This document shows, in pieces, positions 23,780-37,630 of a stretch of 64,000 bases of DNA. Position 1 is the stretch's first letter, and each line of letters starts with the position of its first letter. The notes below the pieces were generated by a model, which was given only the letters and a program-made list of their open reading frames with translations, did no database searches and had not been told where the DNA came from. Origin of the DNA: Gracilinanus agilis (Eukaryota); the NCBI RefSeq assembly GCF_016433145.1, contig NC_058131.1, positions 575,844,813 through 575,908,812 of the forward strand. Reading direction: 5' to 3'. Made by a program: the position numbers and the translations under genes.

Positions 23780-26120
23780 GTGAGAACTCATACAAGGCAA
23801 CATCATGGACATCGATACCCATAAACACTCAAATTTACTAGTTCCTCAATCTGCTTAATTCTCATGACCTACTCTTCCCCTCTAACTAAGGTACAGTAAA
23901 AATGGTTATACTCTTGGTTTTGCCATCACCCACAAGTGTTTTCTGATCATAATATAACCACCTCTGTCCTTCTGAATTATGACCTTTAACCTTATTCTTC
24001 ATCCTTGCCATGACCTCCAATCTTTCTACCCATAGTTTCCTGTCAGGCCACCACCCCCAAACTAGCTATTCTCTCTCTTCTTCCCTTCTTTATTTTATCC
24101 TTTACACTCAAGTTCCTTGTCCTCTTATTATTACTGAACCTACTTACAGACTACTTACTATTACTGATCATACTTTGCCAACCCCCAATCATGTATTACT
24201 CCCATCATTATTCCCAGGAGATTTTGCTACTATTTACATGCTATTGAACAGAACCAGAGAAAATCAAGAAACAAGTTTGTGACATAATCTTAACTGGACC
24301 TTCACTGCAGCAACTCAATTCTTTTGTACCTCCCTGTTTCACTCATCACCAAAACTATTCATTCTTCCTCAGACCTTCCATGCAATCTTTTCCCGCTTTT
24401 CAGCTGAGGACCCTGCCTCCTATTTCACATATACCACAAATTGAGGACATTTTTGAGAATTCCCTCTTCTCCCTTCTTCATCTCACATCATCAGCCATCT
24501 CCCTCCAATATTTATTCCTTCACTCCTGTCTTATATGAAGAGATGACCTATTTCCTTGCCAAGACAAAGTCTTCTTCATATACCCTAGATCCCATTCCAC
24601 CTTCTCCATAAGGTTTCTCCTCTCTCATATCCACTTTTCCCACTGTCTTCAATCTCTCCCTATCTATCTATCTGCCTCTCTGCTGCCTGCTAAAACCCTC
24701 ATGTCTCCCTCATCCTTAAAAAAAATCCTCACTTAATCTTATAATCTGTATTAGCTAATACCTAGGTATCGCCAATACCTTTCCTCCTTTTGTGGCAACT
24801 CCTAGTTGACTAAACTATGCTTGTTGATTTGTCTTGTTTACTTAAGAAAGCTACCTATAACTGACACCTCCAATTCTTTTCTTCTGATTCTCTTCTAAAC
24901 CAGTCATATTCTGGCTTCCAACCTCTCCAAAGTCATCAGTGTCCTCTTATTTGCCAAATCTAATGTCCTTTTTGATCTTCATCATTCTTGACTTCTTTAC
25001 AGCTTTTGACACTGCTGATTGCCCTCTTCTGGATACCCTTTCCTTAAGGTTTTTATGACTCCAGTTTGTTGGTTCTTCTACCTATCTGGCTGTTCTCTCT
25101 ATTTTCCTTTGTTGGATCTTCTTTTAGGTCAAACCTACTAATTGTGGACAATTTATTTCAAACTTTTATATATATATACATTTATATATAAACTCACTTG
25201 GTGCTCTCAATAGCTCCTTAATTTTTGTTTTTATGTAAATGGTTCTAAGATTTACTAATTCAACACTGACTTCTCTCCTGGACTCCAGTCTCTCATTACC
25301 AACTGTCTATTAGACATCTCGAACTGGATATCGTCATATCAAACTCAATATCCCCAAAAGAATTAATTATATATGCTTTCAACTCCTCCCCTTTTCCCAG
25401 TTACCTAGGCTCACAACCTTGGTGTCATCCTTAATTCCTTATTCACACTCACCCCGCATACCAAAATTGTTGCCTTCTTATCATTTTTACCTTTGCAACA
25501 TTTCTTGGGTACATTGCCTTCTCATTACTCACACAACTAGCACCATGGTGTAGGCTTTCATCACCTTACACCTGGACTACTTTAGTAGTCTTTTGCTAAG
25601 TCTCTGTCTCAAGTGTTGGGCTATTCTAGTCCATCCTCTATTCAAGCAACCAGAGATCTTCCAAATACAGTTCTGACCACGTTATTCCCTTCCTCAATAA
25701 AAATGCCAATAGCAATAATCTCCAGAATCAAATATAAAATCCCTTATTGGCTTTTAAGCCCCTCACAATCCAACCCCTTCCTACTTTTCCAGTAGTGACA
25801 TTGGCCTCCTTGGTATCCTTAACATGACACTACATTTTCATTGGCTGTGTCTCATGCCTGGAATTTTCTCCTTCCTCACCTTTTCCTTTTGACTTCTTTT
25901 AAGATTCGGCTCAAATTCAACTTTTTGCAAGAGGTTTTTCCCTTTGCTGTTAATGCCCACTGTCGTATTATCTCAAATTTACACTGCATATATCTTGGAG
26001 GTATGTTAAGATTGTTTGTGTGGTCTCCTCAATTAGAATTTAACATCTTTGAGGGCAAAAACTCTTTTCTTGGTTTTCTTTATATCCGTGCTGCTTAACA
26101 CAGCGACTAGCAAATACCCC
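23780..26120 (+). mobile_element. L2 LINE fragment (long)
   Basis: TTGCCAAATCTAATGTCCTTTT, GGCTCACAACCTTGGTGTCATCCT and L2 3' end motifs. Confidence 0.78.
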
Positions 26121-26703
26121 CTTACTATATGCATTAGGCTAGATTTTCCCCTTAAAGGTAAAAAAAATTGTCCCTGTAAATTGAGTGCCCCAAGTTATTA
26201 CTAAGTTTCAAGTTAAGCAATCCCTTAACACAGCTTCTTAGTGGCCTCAGAGATAACTGACATGGCTTTCTGTTCACTTAAAGCCCATTCAGGCTCTTCT
26301 TACTTGACATAGACTTGAAAGCAATGAATACCTTTCTGCTTTGGGCTTTTCTAAGATGATAAAGGGTTACAAATAAGTGAGTTAAAACTATTACATCTTT
26401 TACTCCAATACTTCTAACTTTCCAGATAAATGGAAAAAATGAAATATCCTTCTATCTTTAATTCAATAGAACTTAATTCTCTATTGAACAGCTGCAATCC
26501 ATGTGAAAGGCAGACACTATAAGCCCAACAACCAAAGTCAACATTAAAATTAAAGTCAGTTACAAAAAAGAAAAAAGTATGTATGTAGAATGTAGGTGGT
26601 CAATATAAGTCATTCACTAAGTTAAAAGGAAAAATGGTTTAGGGATTTGCTCTGTCACATGCTTCTAAATCCAAGAAAATTTAACTGGCAAAGAATTTCT
26701 TAC

Positions 26704-26769
26704 CTCTTCTACATTTATACTGGATTTTGCACTTGTCTCGAGGAATTTAATTCCATAATCAATTGCTAA
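26704..26769 (-). CDS. RAB8B: RAB8B exon 6, LAIDYGIKFLETSAKSSINVEE (G5 box)
   Basis: 66 nt, phase 0, AG/GT boundaries; ETSAK motif. Confidence 0.97.
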
Positions 26770-28045
26770 CTGTAAAACAAATAAAGATAAAATTATTCAC
26801 ATATTCAAAATAATAATTTTATACACTGGCAAGCCTTCTGTTTTCTCCTGGTCCTTCCTTATAGTGAATGTTTATAAATAGTTCCTAAGATTTACATTTA
26901 AAAAGTAAGAAGCAAGCTGTCTATATTGGAAGTCTTGAATTATGCTGACTTCTTATTCAGACTATATTAAGATAATAAATATAATAATGACTGTGTAAAA
27001 GGTAGGCAATAAAGTTGTGATCTTTATTTTCAGAAAACCTATGATACCCTTTGTTCACAGTGCAACAATATTAAGGAGATAAAATAGAAGTTCTTGCCAT
27101 TAACCTGGGGTGTGCCTAAATTAGCCCATTTTGTCTAAAGCCTAAATGAGGCCTTTTTGTTCAGTTTATATAACAGAATCTAACAGAATAAAAGCAAGCT
27201 TATATACCAAAGAGACACGCCTTTATATTTTCTTGATTATTGAAATATTTATTTACTTTTTCACCTCCTCCCAAAGAGTATATAAAAAATTTATATTATT
27301 GAAGGCTGCTAACAATAAATATTATAAGTGGGAAACATATCTGCAGTCTGTTTGAAATACATGGATATATCTTATTTATGTAATTTAAGCAAAGCATAAA
27401 ACTAAATTATAAAAGTAAAAAACCATGCACTACTAACATTTGAAACCAATGTAAAAGATACATAAAAAATGTTCATCTTAAAAAGTGAAATGCAAACACT
27501 TGAGTCAACCAGATCTGAAATTGTGAAAATTCTAATAAACACTGCAAAAGATTGACTCTATAGTTTAAAGAATAAAAAGACTGACTTGTGTAAAGTGAGA
27601 GGTAATGACTGCATGGTAAAAAAAGTCCTTATAAAAATTATGAATAGAGAATTACTTGCTAATGAAAATTCATTGATACTCTGATTCACACCTTTTCCCC
27701 CCTCTCCCAAAGTTTCTGGGTATGTTTACATAAAAAAATTTAGAGGCAGGACCTTTAATGCTGTAAGGAGTTAAAAAAAAACCCTTTCTTTTCATAGACA
27801 TGTAATACATATCTCAGGAATGACTCATTATCCCAGGAACCTCAGTTATATGCTGAAAATTAATTTACATCTTTATGATAAGGATTATGTTTTCTTATGT
27901 GAATATCCACACTTAAAGAACTATAAAACATATAACCTCAAGATTGTGAATGAAGGCTGATTTTGTTTTTTGTTTATAATGCTATAAATGATGCTTACTA
28001 ATCTTGGATATATTTCAACTATTTTGGAATTTGGTCAAAATTTAC

Positions 28046-28135
28046 CTTCTCTCCTCTTTCTTTTGATACTTGTCTTTTGTCATTCATATCACTTTTGTTA
28101 CCCAGGATCATTCTTTCAACATCTGAAGAGGCGTG
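28046..28135 (-). CDS. RAB8B: RAB8B exon 5, HASSDVERMILGNKSDMNDKRQVSKERGEK (G4 box)
   Basis: 90 nt, phase 0, AG/GT boundaries; NKxD motif. Confidence 0.97.
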
Positions 28136-29368
28136 CTACAGATAGGAAAGAAGGAAAGTAAGTTATTCAACAAATCCTAAATTGTTAGAAATATGCACGT
28201 TTGATAATAAATAAGCTAAGCATCATTTGATATAAAGTCTTAATCTTAAAAAAAAATAAGATGGATAGCCATAGCATAAAGATGTCAGGAAGCCTGAGCA
28301 AAAATCTGCTTAGTTTCATTCTGAGATCTGGATATTTTATGCATAAACAAGTTGAAATGAAAGTTATGCTTATCTTTCTACAAAAGGTTCACTTTTTGAA
28401 TTATTACTACAAATAATACAATGTGGTACAAAATAGTAGGAAAGATATCTTGGATCCAGAACTATTGTAAAACTAAGTTCTTTGTAAATTAATATAGATA
28501 TTCCTAAAAATAATTTCATATTGATGGTCCCTTTTTATAAGTCAAAGAGAAGAAAAATCTTCAAATTAAAAAATTTTGTAATGAAACCTAAATTAAACTA
28601 CAGTGCCTATCAAATCTAAGGTTCTCAAAAAGGAAAAAATTAAAGGGGCAAAATGATTATTTATGGTAGTCAAAGGAGATAAAATAATATGAGCTAGTAG
28701 GAAGAACATTGCACTGAGTCAGTTAACTTGGGTTATATTCATATTTGCTATTAACTAGCTATATGATGATTTAATGACAATCTCTTGGAGTCTTATTGTC
28801 ATCTATAAAAGGTAGAGGTTAGACTAGATTTTTTCTCATTCTTTTTAAAAATTAAACTTTATTTTTTAATCAACAAACATCTACCTTTCTTCCTTCTAAT
28901 GCCCCACTCCAAACCGAGAAACAAAAATAAAATCATTGGTACAAATATACAGTCAAGCAAAATAAACTTCCACATTGACTATGTCTAAAAGAAATTGTCT
29001 CATTTGGAATTATTTGTTCTTCATTTCTCTAACAGGATATGAATAGCATGTTTCATTAGTCCTTTGAAGTCATAGTTAGTCATTATACTGCTTAGAGTTC
29101 CTAAGTCTTTTAGAGTTGACTCTCTTTACTATACTATTATATAAATCAATCTTTTTTCATTTTACTCTTTGTCAGTTCATATACCTGTTTCTCTGAAACC
29201 ATACTCTTCATTATTTCTTACAACAGAATAGTATTCCATTTCATTTTTATACCACATCTTATTCAGCCATTCCCCAATTGATGGGAACTTTCCAGTTTCC
29301 AATTCTTTAAAACCATGTAAAAAGCTGGGAATTTTTTTGGACATTCTCAGTTTGTTTTGCTTAAGACT

Positions 29369-29578
29369 GGGGGCAGCTAGGTGGCTCAGTGGATTGAGAA
29401 CCAGGCCCAGAGATGAGAGGTCCTGGGTTCAAATCTGTCCCCAGACACTTCCTAGCTATGTGACCCTGGGCAAGTCACTTAAACCCCATTGCCTAGCCCT
29501 TACCGCTCTTCTGCCTTGGAACCAATACACAGTATTGATTCCAAGACAGAAGGTTAGGATTAAAAAAAAAAAAAAAAA
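29369..29578 (+). mobile_element. SINE1_Mdo-type (long tail) nested in the HAL1/L1 element
   Basis: Head, core, tail and A20 run. Confidence 0.92.
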
Positions 29579-30884
29579 GACCAAGTCTTCTTTAAACCTA
29601 CCTAACCCTGTAATTCTTCCTTTTCTATTCTCCCATGTTCCCTCTATTTCCAGCTGAGTAAAATGTATTTCTGTACCCAGCTGTATATGTGCATGTGTAT
29701 CCTTCCCTCCTTTGATCAGTTTAGATGAGAGTGAGATTCAAGTATAAGCCATTTTCTCCAACCTTTCTTCCTTGTTTGTATGGACTTTTACTTGTGCAAC
29801 CCAAATTACATGAGATAATTTCCCCTAATCTTCCTCACCCCCCTCCATATATTACTCTTCCTCTCCCTTTCTATTCTCTTTTTAAGATCAAGACACAGAA
29901 CCACTCCTAGGTCTTTTATCTAATTAGACCCCTTCCATTACGATAATAAGGTTCTTTATGGCTGTTTGTGTTTACCTTTTTCTCTTGGCTCCTGGGTTTG
30001 CAGTTTCTTTTCATCAAGAATGCTTGGAATTAAAAATCCATTTTTCCCCCTATGGGATTATACTCAGTTTTGCTAGGTAAGTTGTTCTTGGCTGTATCTT
30101 TCACATTCTGGAATATCATATTCCAAGCTCCAATCTTTTATAGTGATGGCTACGAAACTGTATGTAATCCTGACCATATTTCTGGGAGTTTTCACTTGAA
30201 ATTATCTTATATGACAAGTAGATTCTATTTCCACTTTTTCTTCTGGTTCTAAGAAATCTCAACAGTATTCTGTTCATCTTGGAACATGATGTCTAAGCTT
30301 TTTTTTGGATTATTTCAGATAATTTCAATGATTCTTTAATTTTTTTCTTCTCAATCTGCTTTGTAGGTCAGTTGTTTTTGCAATGAGATATTTTATTCCC
30401 CCCCACCCCATACTTTCAGTCTTTTGACTTTGTTTTAAAATTTCTTCTTGTTTCACAAGGTCATTGGTTTCTAATGGTCCATTCTAATTTTCAGGGAAGT
30501 TGTTGCTTAAGCAAAATTTTGTACCTCTTATTGCCAAGCTATTAATTTATTTTCCAATTCTTTCTTTCATAGTTCTTATTTCTTTTCAAATCTCTTCCTC
30601 TAACATTCTCACTTCATTTATGAAAACTTATTTAATTCTTTAAAAAAACTGCTCATGTTATGTTTTTTCTTTGAGGTTTTGCTTTTAGATATTTTGGAGT
30701 AATTTTTTCTTTTTGGGTTTGTGTCTTGAGTATCCCTGTCACAATAACAGATTTTTATGGTGGGATACTTTCTTTGTTTACTCATTTTTCCAGGCTATTT
30801 CTGTGCACCTAAGGGGATAGTGTTGTTCCTGGACTGGTTCTGATGTTGCTTTCTTGGAAAACTGAGCAATGTGTTATTCTAGGA

Positions 30885-31109
30885 CAGTACTGGCAAATGT
30901 TTTTGAGATCATGTGCCCAAATTGCAACTTCAAGCTGCCTGTGAGCCCCTTACATTATCCCAGACAGCAGAGGGAGAAAGTGCTCCCACTGGGTGACTGG
31001 ACAGCAAGGCAGGGCATGCAAAAAATGCCCTCAGGCATAGTGGAGAGAGAAAACAGAGCAGCCTTCTTGGTGCTGCCCCAGAACTGGTACCAAAGCTTCA
31101 CCAATACCT
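30885..31109 (+). mobile_element. hAT MITE, family B, copy 3 (inside HAL1/L1)
   Basis: GTGCCCAAATTGCAAC and GTGCTCCCACTGGG segments shared with copies 1 and 2; TIRs decayed; no convincing TSD. Confidence 0.78.
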
Positions 31110-32612
31110 AAGATATCTCAGGAACAATTCAGTCTGGATACCTGAAAGCTTCCTAAAGTGGTCAAACCCAATGAAAAGTCAAATTGCTATCTCTCCCATC
31201 TGAACTCTATAAGTTGGCAACCTGGGTTTGGGTCTAACCAGCAGGTCTATTGGCTTGCCTACTTTGGAGTTTCAGTAGATGGCTGTAAGACTCACTTTGG
31301 TCACCTAGAAAATTCTGCTATTACAGAGTGAATTTCCTTTGGTCTGGGAGTCCTGCCTTGATTATTCCTTTGTGGTCTTCAGGCAGAGCTGGAAATTGGA
31401 ACTAAAACCACACTTTGCCCCTGGGGTCTGAGCTACACAGCTACAATCTGCTTCTTGAATTTACTCTTTGCCTGGTAAATATATAGCCTAAGGTCCTCAC
31501 CCTGGAATGTAACCATAAAAGCCGATCCCTCCTCAGTCTTTCCTGGATGTGACTCCCAACTGTGGAGTTAGCAATGCAGGTGCCAGATGGTATCTGTATC
31601 TAAACTCTACATAAATTTAATCACTTTATGTTGGATCTAGGAGTTTTGACCCTGAAACACAGTCCTTTCCTGACTGGAATGCTTCACAGTGTGCTCCTGG
31701 CCAGACCTCTCTAGTTACCTCCCTTTGCTGATCTGTGCTGACCTGTGACTAGCTCATTTTTTTTTTCTTGGATTTCCCAATCAGAACTTAGTCTGATCAG
31801 AGTTCTGAATCTGTTTGGAAGTTATTTGAAGGATGATGGGGAGGAGCAGAAGGTAGAGTTCATTGTACTTTTTCCTGCTACTTCTTGGACTAGATCTTTT
31901 AAGGTTTCTTCTAGCTCTAAAATTTCATGAAATCCTCCCATTTCCATTTTTTGTTATAAGAATGTGAATGACATATTTATAGAAGGTAGCCTTGAAATCT
32001 TCACGCAATGCTGAGCTATTAAAGCTTTAATAATTTAATAATATTATTATAGATTTAATCATTAAAGCTTTGATAGCTAAAACTGCACAAAGATTTTTGG
32101 GATACTGTGAGTAGTAGCTCTTCTCATAACATTCCAGTAAGCTAAGTAGCATAGATATTAATCTTTCTATTTTACATATGTGGAAACTGAAATTCAAAGA
32201 ATTAGACATTTTCCCCATGTAGACAGTCCAGTCAAGATGCAAATCCAATTCTCATTTTCAATCCAGTGTTCTCATTCTCCCATACTGAGCAATTTTGTTT
32301 AGAGTTTCAAATCAAATAAATCTCCATAGTTCAGTTCCACTTTTTAGAATTTAATTTCAATAATATTAAGTTTACTGTTAATGAAAAAAGTGAGACTAAT
32401 TATACTAGAAATTCAAATCTTCTATAATTTCATAGTCACTGACACAGCATTTGATTCCTGGCAAAAATCTACACATCCCAGAAAACTGAACTATCTCCTA
32501 GCCAGACAAAAGGAAGCCTCATAGGCTAAAGGGAAAAGTTAAGTTTCAAAGAACATGACTCACTTTGCTCCTCTCCTATTTTCCCCATTAAACATTATTT
32601 TCCCCCAAATAC

Positions 32613-32690
32613 CTCTTCAATGTTTCTTATCCAGTTTTTAATATTGTCAAAAGATTTTTCATTAGTGATGTCATATACCAGCATAATTCC
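32613..32690 (-). CDS. RAB8B: RAB8B exon 4, [26 protein letters not shown]
   Basis: 78 nt, phase 0, AG/GT boundaries. Confidence 0.97.
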
Positions 32691-32899
32691 CTAAAAGAGA
32701 AAAAACATCTTTGATTATTTTTATATTATACATCTTTATTATTTATTCATCTTTTTCAAAGCAACTTCCAAAGTGTTATAAAATTCTGATAATAATTTAG
32801 CTTTAATTAATTATTATAAGAGTCACATTAATTTTAAGTAGAAATAAACATTCTATTTTATCTTCTATGATAGAAATAAGAATTAAGTAGCATTTAAAG

Positions 32900-33545
32900 A
32901 ATATTTTTAAAAATCAATTTTATTTTTCAGAATTATTTTCATAATTCTTTCCCCCTCCACCTCCCTCTCACCCCACTGAGAAACCAAGAAAAACAAAATC
33001 CATAACAAATATGTGCAGTCAAGCAAAACAAATTCCCATATGGGCCATATCAAAAATACTAGACAAATCCTTATGCCTCACCATGCACTCAAGTCCATCA
33101 TCTCTCTATCTGGAAATGAGTAACATGTTTCATCACCATTCCTCTGGAATTGTGGTTAGTCACAATGTTGATTATAGTTCCAAAGTCTTTTGAAGTTGTC
33201 TTTTACAATAATATGATTACTGTATAAACTCTTCTCTTAGCTCACTTCAGTTTTTCATGTTTCTTTGAAACCATCTCTTTAATAATTCCTACAGCACAAT
33301 ACTATTTCAATACATTCTTATACCATAGCTTACTCAACCTTTCTCCAAGTGATGTACATCCCCAAAGTTTCCAATTCTTTGCCACCATGAAAAAGATTGT
33401 CATGAAAAATTTCATACATATGGGTCCTTTTCCTCTTTTGTCGATCTCTTTAGGGTAGGGATCTAGTAGCAATGTGACTGAGTAAAAGGGTATGTCCAAT
33501 TTAATAGTTTTGGAGACACAGTTCCAAACTGCTTTCTAGAAAACT
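32900..33545 (-). mobile_element. L1 3' fragment
   Basis: Antisense ORF2 C-terminal/3'UTR motifs (CAATACTATTTCAATACATTC..., TCCAAACTGCTTTC). Confidence 0.75.
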
Positions 33546-34938
33546 GGACTAATGTTAAAAGATCATTTAATGTTAAAAGCAGCAATAATATTTACAGTAG
33601 ATTTGTCATCACACAGTTTATGCTTCTTTAGTTAATCACAGATATTGTCATGTATATTACTTCTGAAATAATAGTGAAACCATGTTACTTTAAATGATTT
33701 CTTCTAAAAGAGGCTGGTCAAATTTTTAGGAATAATCTAGGTAAACCACACACATTTAAAACATGGTATACTTGTACAAATCTTTTGAAGTGTACAGCCC
33801 AGAATACAAGTCATGTAAGGGCAGAGGGTATATTTCTCATTTTTCTTTATATTCCCAAAGCCTAGCATAGCACTTCACTTGCCCTTAGCAAATGCTTAGC
33901 AAATATTCTTTGAATTGAAGACTTTTTTTGCATTATTTCTAAAGCACTTACTACCATAATGAAAAGATCTTTGAATTTAAAGGGTGAAAATTTTCAGCAA
34001 AGACATTATGCTTTATATTAATTTTATATATTTCAAGCCAAAGATGATGGGGAAGTTAACACCTGGCTACAAAATCTAGATTATCTTTCTTCTAATCCAT
34101 TAAGATTTCAGTTTTACAAAAGATGAATTAAGCAATTTGTCCAAAGCTGAAGAGTTGTGTTAACAATTAGATGTTCTGCCTCTCATCTTACCAGCAATCC
34201 ATTTAAACTTTGATTTTTTTTACTTATAGGGATGTACCTTAAAACATTCCAGGTCTAGCTGGTACTTACACCTCAAAATCCCTTTATCACAATTCAAGGT
34301 TTGAACCTGGGCCTTTCTGAACATAGGCCAGAGAGCCAGAGATAAGCCATGGCAGCTAAAATTGAGCATCAACTTTGGGCCAAACTTTCTCCCAAGCTAC
34401 CAGGGAAAACAATAACCACAAGGTTAGCAGGTCAAAATAGGGCTAGATCAAGAGGTAAAGAAGGATCAGATGAGCAAGATTTATATAGACAATACATATC
34501 TCCACTAGATTAAAAGTTTCATATATCTATAAACTTCTACAGTCACTTATTTTCTCACCAGTTAAAAAACTATCAGTCAAAGAAACCCAGTAAAGGTAGG
34601 GTGGAGACAAAGAAAGATAAGATGTAACTTCATAATGAGTGACAGGAGGGTATAACTACAGGAAGAAGAAGGAGGATAATAGTGAATAGATACAGAGCCA
34701 ATCACATATTAAAGTATAAGACAATCTCAAAACTTATAACCATATGATTATCACTAAAAGGTGATAACAGCAGAGTATGGCTCCCCAAAAAAGCCCTTTT
34801 AGTTCTAGTTTTCTTCTTTATCAAGAAAGCTTTTTCTCCATAACAACCATAATTTGGGAACTAACTTCAGTCCTATAATCTTGAAAAAACATGTTTTATT
34901 TTCACCTGAATAGTTAGAAAACCTTAATATACACTCAC

Positions 34939-34999
34939 CATGGCTCCTCTGTAATATGCTGTTGTGATTGTTCGAAATCTTTCCTGGCCAGCTGTGTCC
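34939..34999 (-). CDS. RAB8B: RAB8B exon 3, [20 protein letters not shown] (G3 box, switch II)
   Basis: 61 nt with AG/GT boundaries; DTAGQE G3 motif; switch II Thr72 retained. Confidence 0.97.
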
Positions 35000-35730
35000 C
35001 TAAAATTCAAAGTAAAGAAAGTAATAATATCAAAAAGCCATCATTATTAGAGAAAAATATCAACTACAGGTGACGTTATTTAAAGTAATAAATGCAGTAC
35101 TTTCCTAAGAAAGAAGGGACCCTAGGAATTTGTATAGCCTTGGAAGTTTGGAGGTGGTAGTGATTAAAGAACTTGACAGGAGATCATAAAGACATTTATA
35201 AAAATCTTGGATCTCAGGGAACAAGAGTAAGAAAAATAGGTGAACTCTGCTGGAAACTGGAATATAAAGCCATTCCAAAATGTGGAAGAAGATAATAATT
35301 TCAAATTTTCTGACTCCAAGGGAGACTATTAAAATAAATTTTTTACAAAGACTAATATGGATTTCTTCACAAAATTAAGTAAGCAGAAGTAATGCAGAAA
35401 GGACTCAGTAAAACATGCTAAACTGGATTTGTTGAATCATTTTTGGAGAAATAGAATACATAATTAAACTGAGATATCAGAAACTCCTTGAAAATTCTTC
35501 TAAAGACTTTCAAACTAAAAATCCAAGCTACTTAAATTGGAGTTATCACTTGTTTTTTAGGTAGGTAATATGCCATAAGCATGAGACTTTATGTAATGAA
35601 CAGACTTCAAATTTGTTAGATTTATTGGAAAATATAAGAGAAGTAGATTTTCTTGATAGTTGGGAAAGTCAGTGTCCCAAAATTTGCTTTTTGTAAATAA
35701 CAAAGTCCCTGGACTTGGAGAAAATAAGTA

Positions 35731-35945
35731 GGGGTCAGCTAGGTGGCTTGGTGGTTTGAGAGCCAGTCCTAGAGATGGTAGGTCCTAGGTTCAAATCTGG
35801 TCTCAGACACTTCCTAGCTGTGTGACCTTGGGCAAGTCACTTGACCCTCATTGCCTAGCCCTTACCACTCTTCTGCCTTGGAACCAATACGTAGTATTGA
35901 TTGCAAGATGGAAGGTAAGGGTTTAATCTAAAATTAAATAAATTA
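35731..35945 (+). mobile_element. SINE1_Mdo-type (long tail)
   Basis: Head, core and GGAAGGTAAGGGTTT tail. Confidence 0.9.
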
Positions 35946-37409
35946 AAAAATGGCCCAAACAAACCAACCTAGTGCAGACTTAACTAAGGTCTAAATACCT
36001 CAGGAGAAATTGGACAAAGCTAACTGGAACATTTGTTTGATACATGAAAAAATAAATAGATATGAGGAGAAAGGTAAAGGAATGAAAATAAATAAGTAGA
36101 AAATAGATCAAAGATATATTTTGGAACAGCCTCATCAGATTTATTGGCTTTAAAAAATGAGAGGTTGGAAGTTTTAATGTAGAACTAGTTACTAGCAAAA
36201 GTGATAATGAACAAAATCACAACAACCTTGCCCACTCTAAGGAAATCAGCAGAAGGCAACTTTGGAAATATAATCCAAGTCCTCCTTTTTTAACCTATAA
36301 TTAGTTGCTTATCAACAAATTCTTAAAGATTACTGTACCCATATTTCCTTTTCCCCCACACCCAAAATTATAACAACATGGGGTCAGGAAATCTTTCTCT
36401 TCTAAAACACAAAGGAAATAACATTTTGATAGAACATAAAGCAAAGAGAATTCATTATACTAAAATCAAGAATTAAATTGTTTAATGGTTCAAAGAATGA
36501 CTAGTGATGTTATTTACAATTTTTATGCCAGGCAGAGTATGTATGCACCAGTAATACTGGGTATTAAATAATTAAAAGGAAATCCTATGTGGTCAATATT
36601 GTTTTTCAGTGAAGACAACATGGTCTGATAGAAAACAATTGCTTGGACTAAGAGTTAGAAAACTTGCCTCTCTCACTAGCTGGCTACGTGACCTTGAGCA
36701 ATAAACCTTTTTTGGAATCAATTTTTATTTATGCGCAGATTGAACTAGCTATCTCTAAGGTCTCTTTCAGCTCTGATATTTATGATTCTGTGAAGATGGG
36801 GACAATTGGTTTTTGCTCTCAAGACAAAACCATTTAATTTGTCAATTTATAAGAATCATCTTAGTTAATTGGATGAATCCATAGCTGTCAGAATTCCCTC
36901 CAACAGTAAAGCCTGCAACCATCCATGCTTTTTCATCCTTTAAGAATCTTATATACATTCTCCCACAAATCTTCCACAGAAAGTCCATCCATATTAGGGT
37001 TCTTTCTTTACATTGCACAGGTACTAAAATAGCAATCAGACTATAAATCTGTTGGCTCTCTTTTTTGTTACATTACTGGTCCACTTCCCTTTATGACTAC
37101 AAATTACTAATACCTTTTACACACTCTACTTTTGTAAAAATTTTTCATTACTGACTCAACACATGCCCATCATGCATTTTTCTTTGGATCTGCAACTTTA
37201 ATTCTTTGAAGAAAGTATCATTTCATATTTCAAAGTCATATAGAATCATTGGGTCACCAATAGAATACTGGTATTTCAAAGGGAAACTTGGAATCATTAA
37301 AAGCAGACTCTGAAACATCCCAGATTCAATCCACTGTCCTCTTTTCCCTATTCAGTTCTGGGACTTTAGTTAACTAAGTCTTGATAAATTCCTCAGGCAT
37401 TAATTTTAT

Positions 37410-37630
37410 TGTTCAGTCATTCAGTTGTGACCAACTCTGTAACCCTGTGGATTATATGCTTTTCTTGGCAAAGTTACTGAAGTTGTTTGCCATTTCCTTC
37501 TCTAGTGGATTAAGGCAAAAATAGGTTAAGTGACTTGCCCAGAGTTACAAAGTGTCTGAGGCCAGATTTTAGCTTAGGCCTTCCTAACTCCAGGCCTAGC
37601 ACTCTATCCACTGAGCCCCCTAGCTTCCTC
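37410..37630 (-). mobile_element. MAR1-type SINE
   Basis: TTGTTCAGTCATTCAGTTG end, TTTTCTTGGCAAAG, GTGACTTGCCCAG core and head. Confidence 0.8.

Larger units (their letters stand above)
28835..31910 (-). mobile_element. L1-derived element with 5'UTR, ORF1 remnant and 3' end but no EN/RT (HAL1-like)
   Basis: ORF1-like end near 29960 lies only ~400 bp (excluding the nested SINE) from the 3'-terminal segment and T-rich tail at ~28850. Confidence 0.6.

Noticed and set aside
11129-31111. Recurring 'CPNCN' small ORFs (11129-11365, 13301-13615, 30869-31111) that look like a CxxC micropeptide family
   Set aside because: All are read-throughs of the same hAT MITE, whose TIR contains an ATG. The element is stop-poor in several frames on both strands, and the C-termini fall in different frames, so there is no sign of coding constraint.
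32605-32612. Possible U12-type intron (exon 4 donor GTATTT)
   Set aside because: Does not match the U12 consensus GTATCCTT; treated as an ordinary U2 donor.
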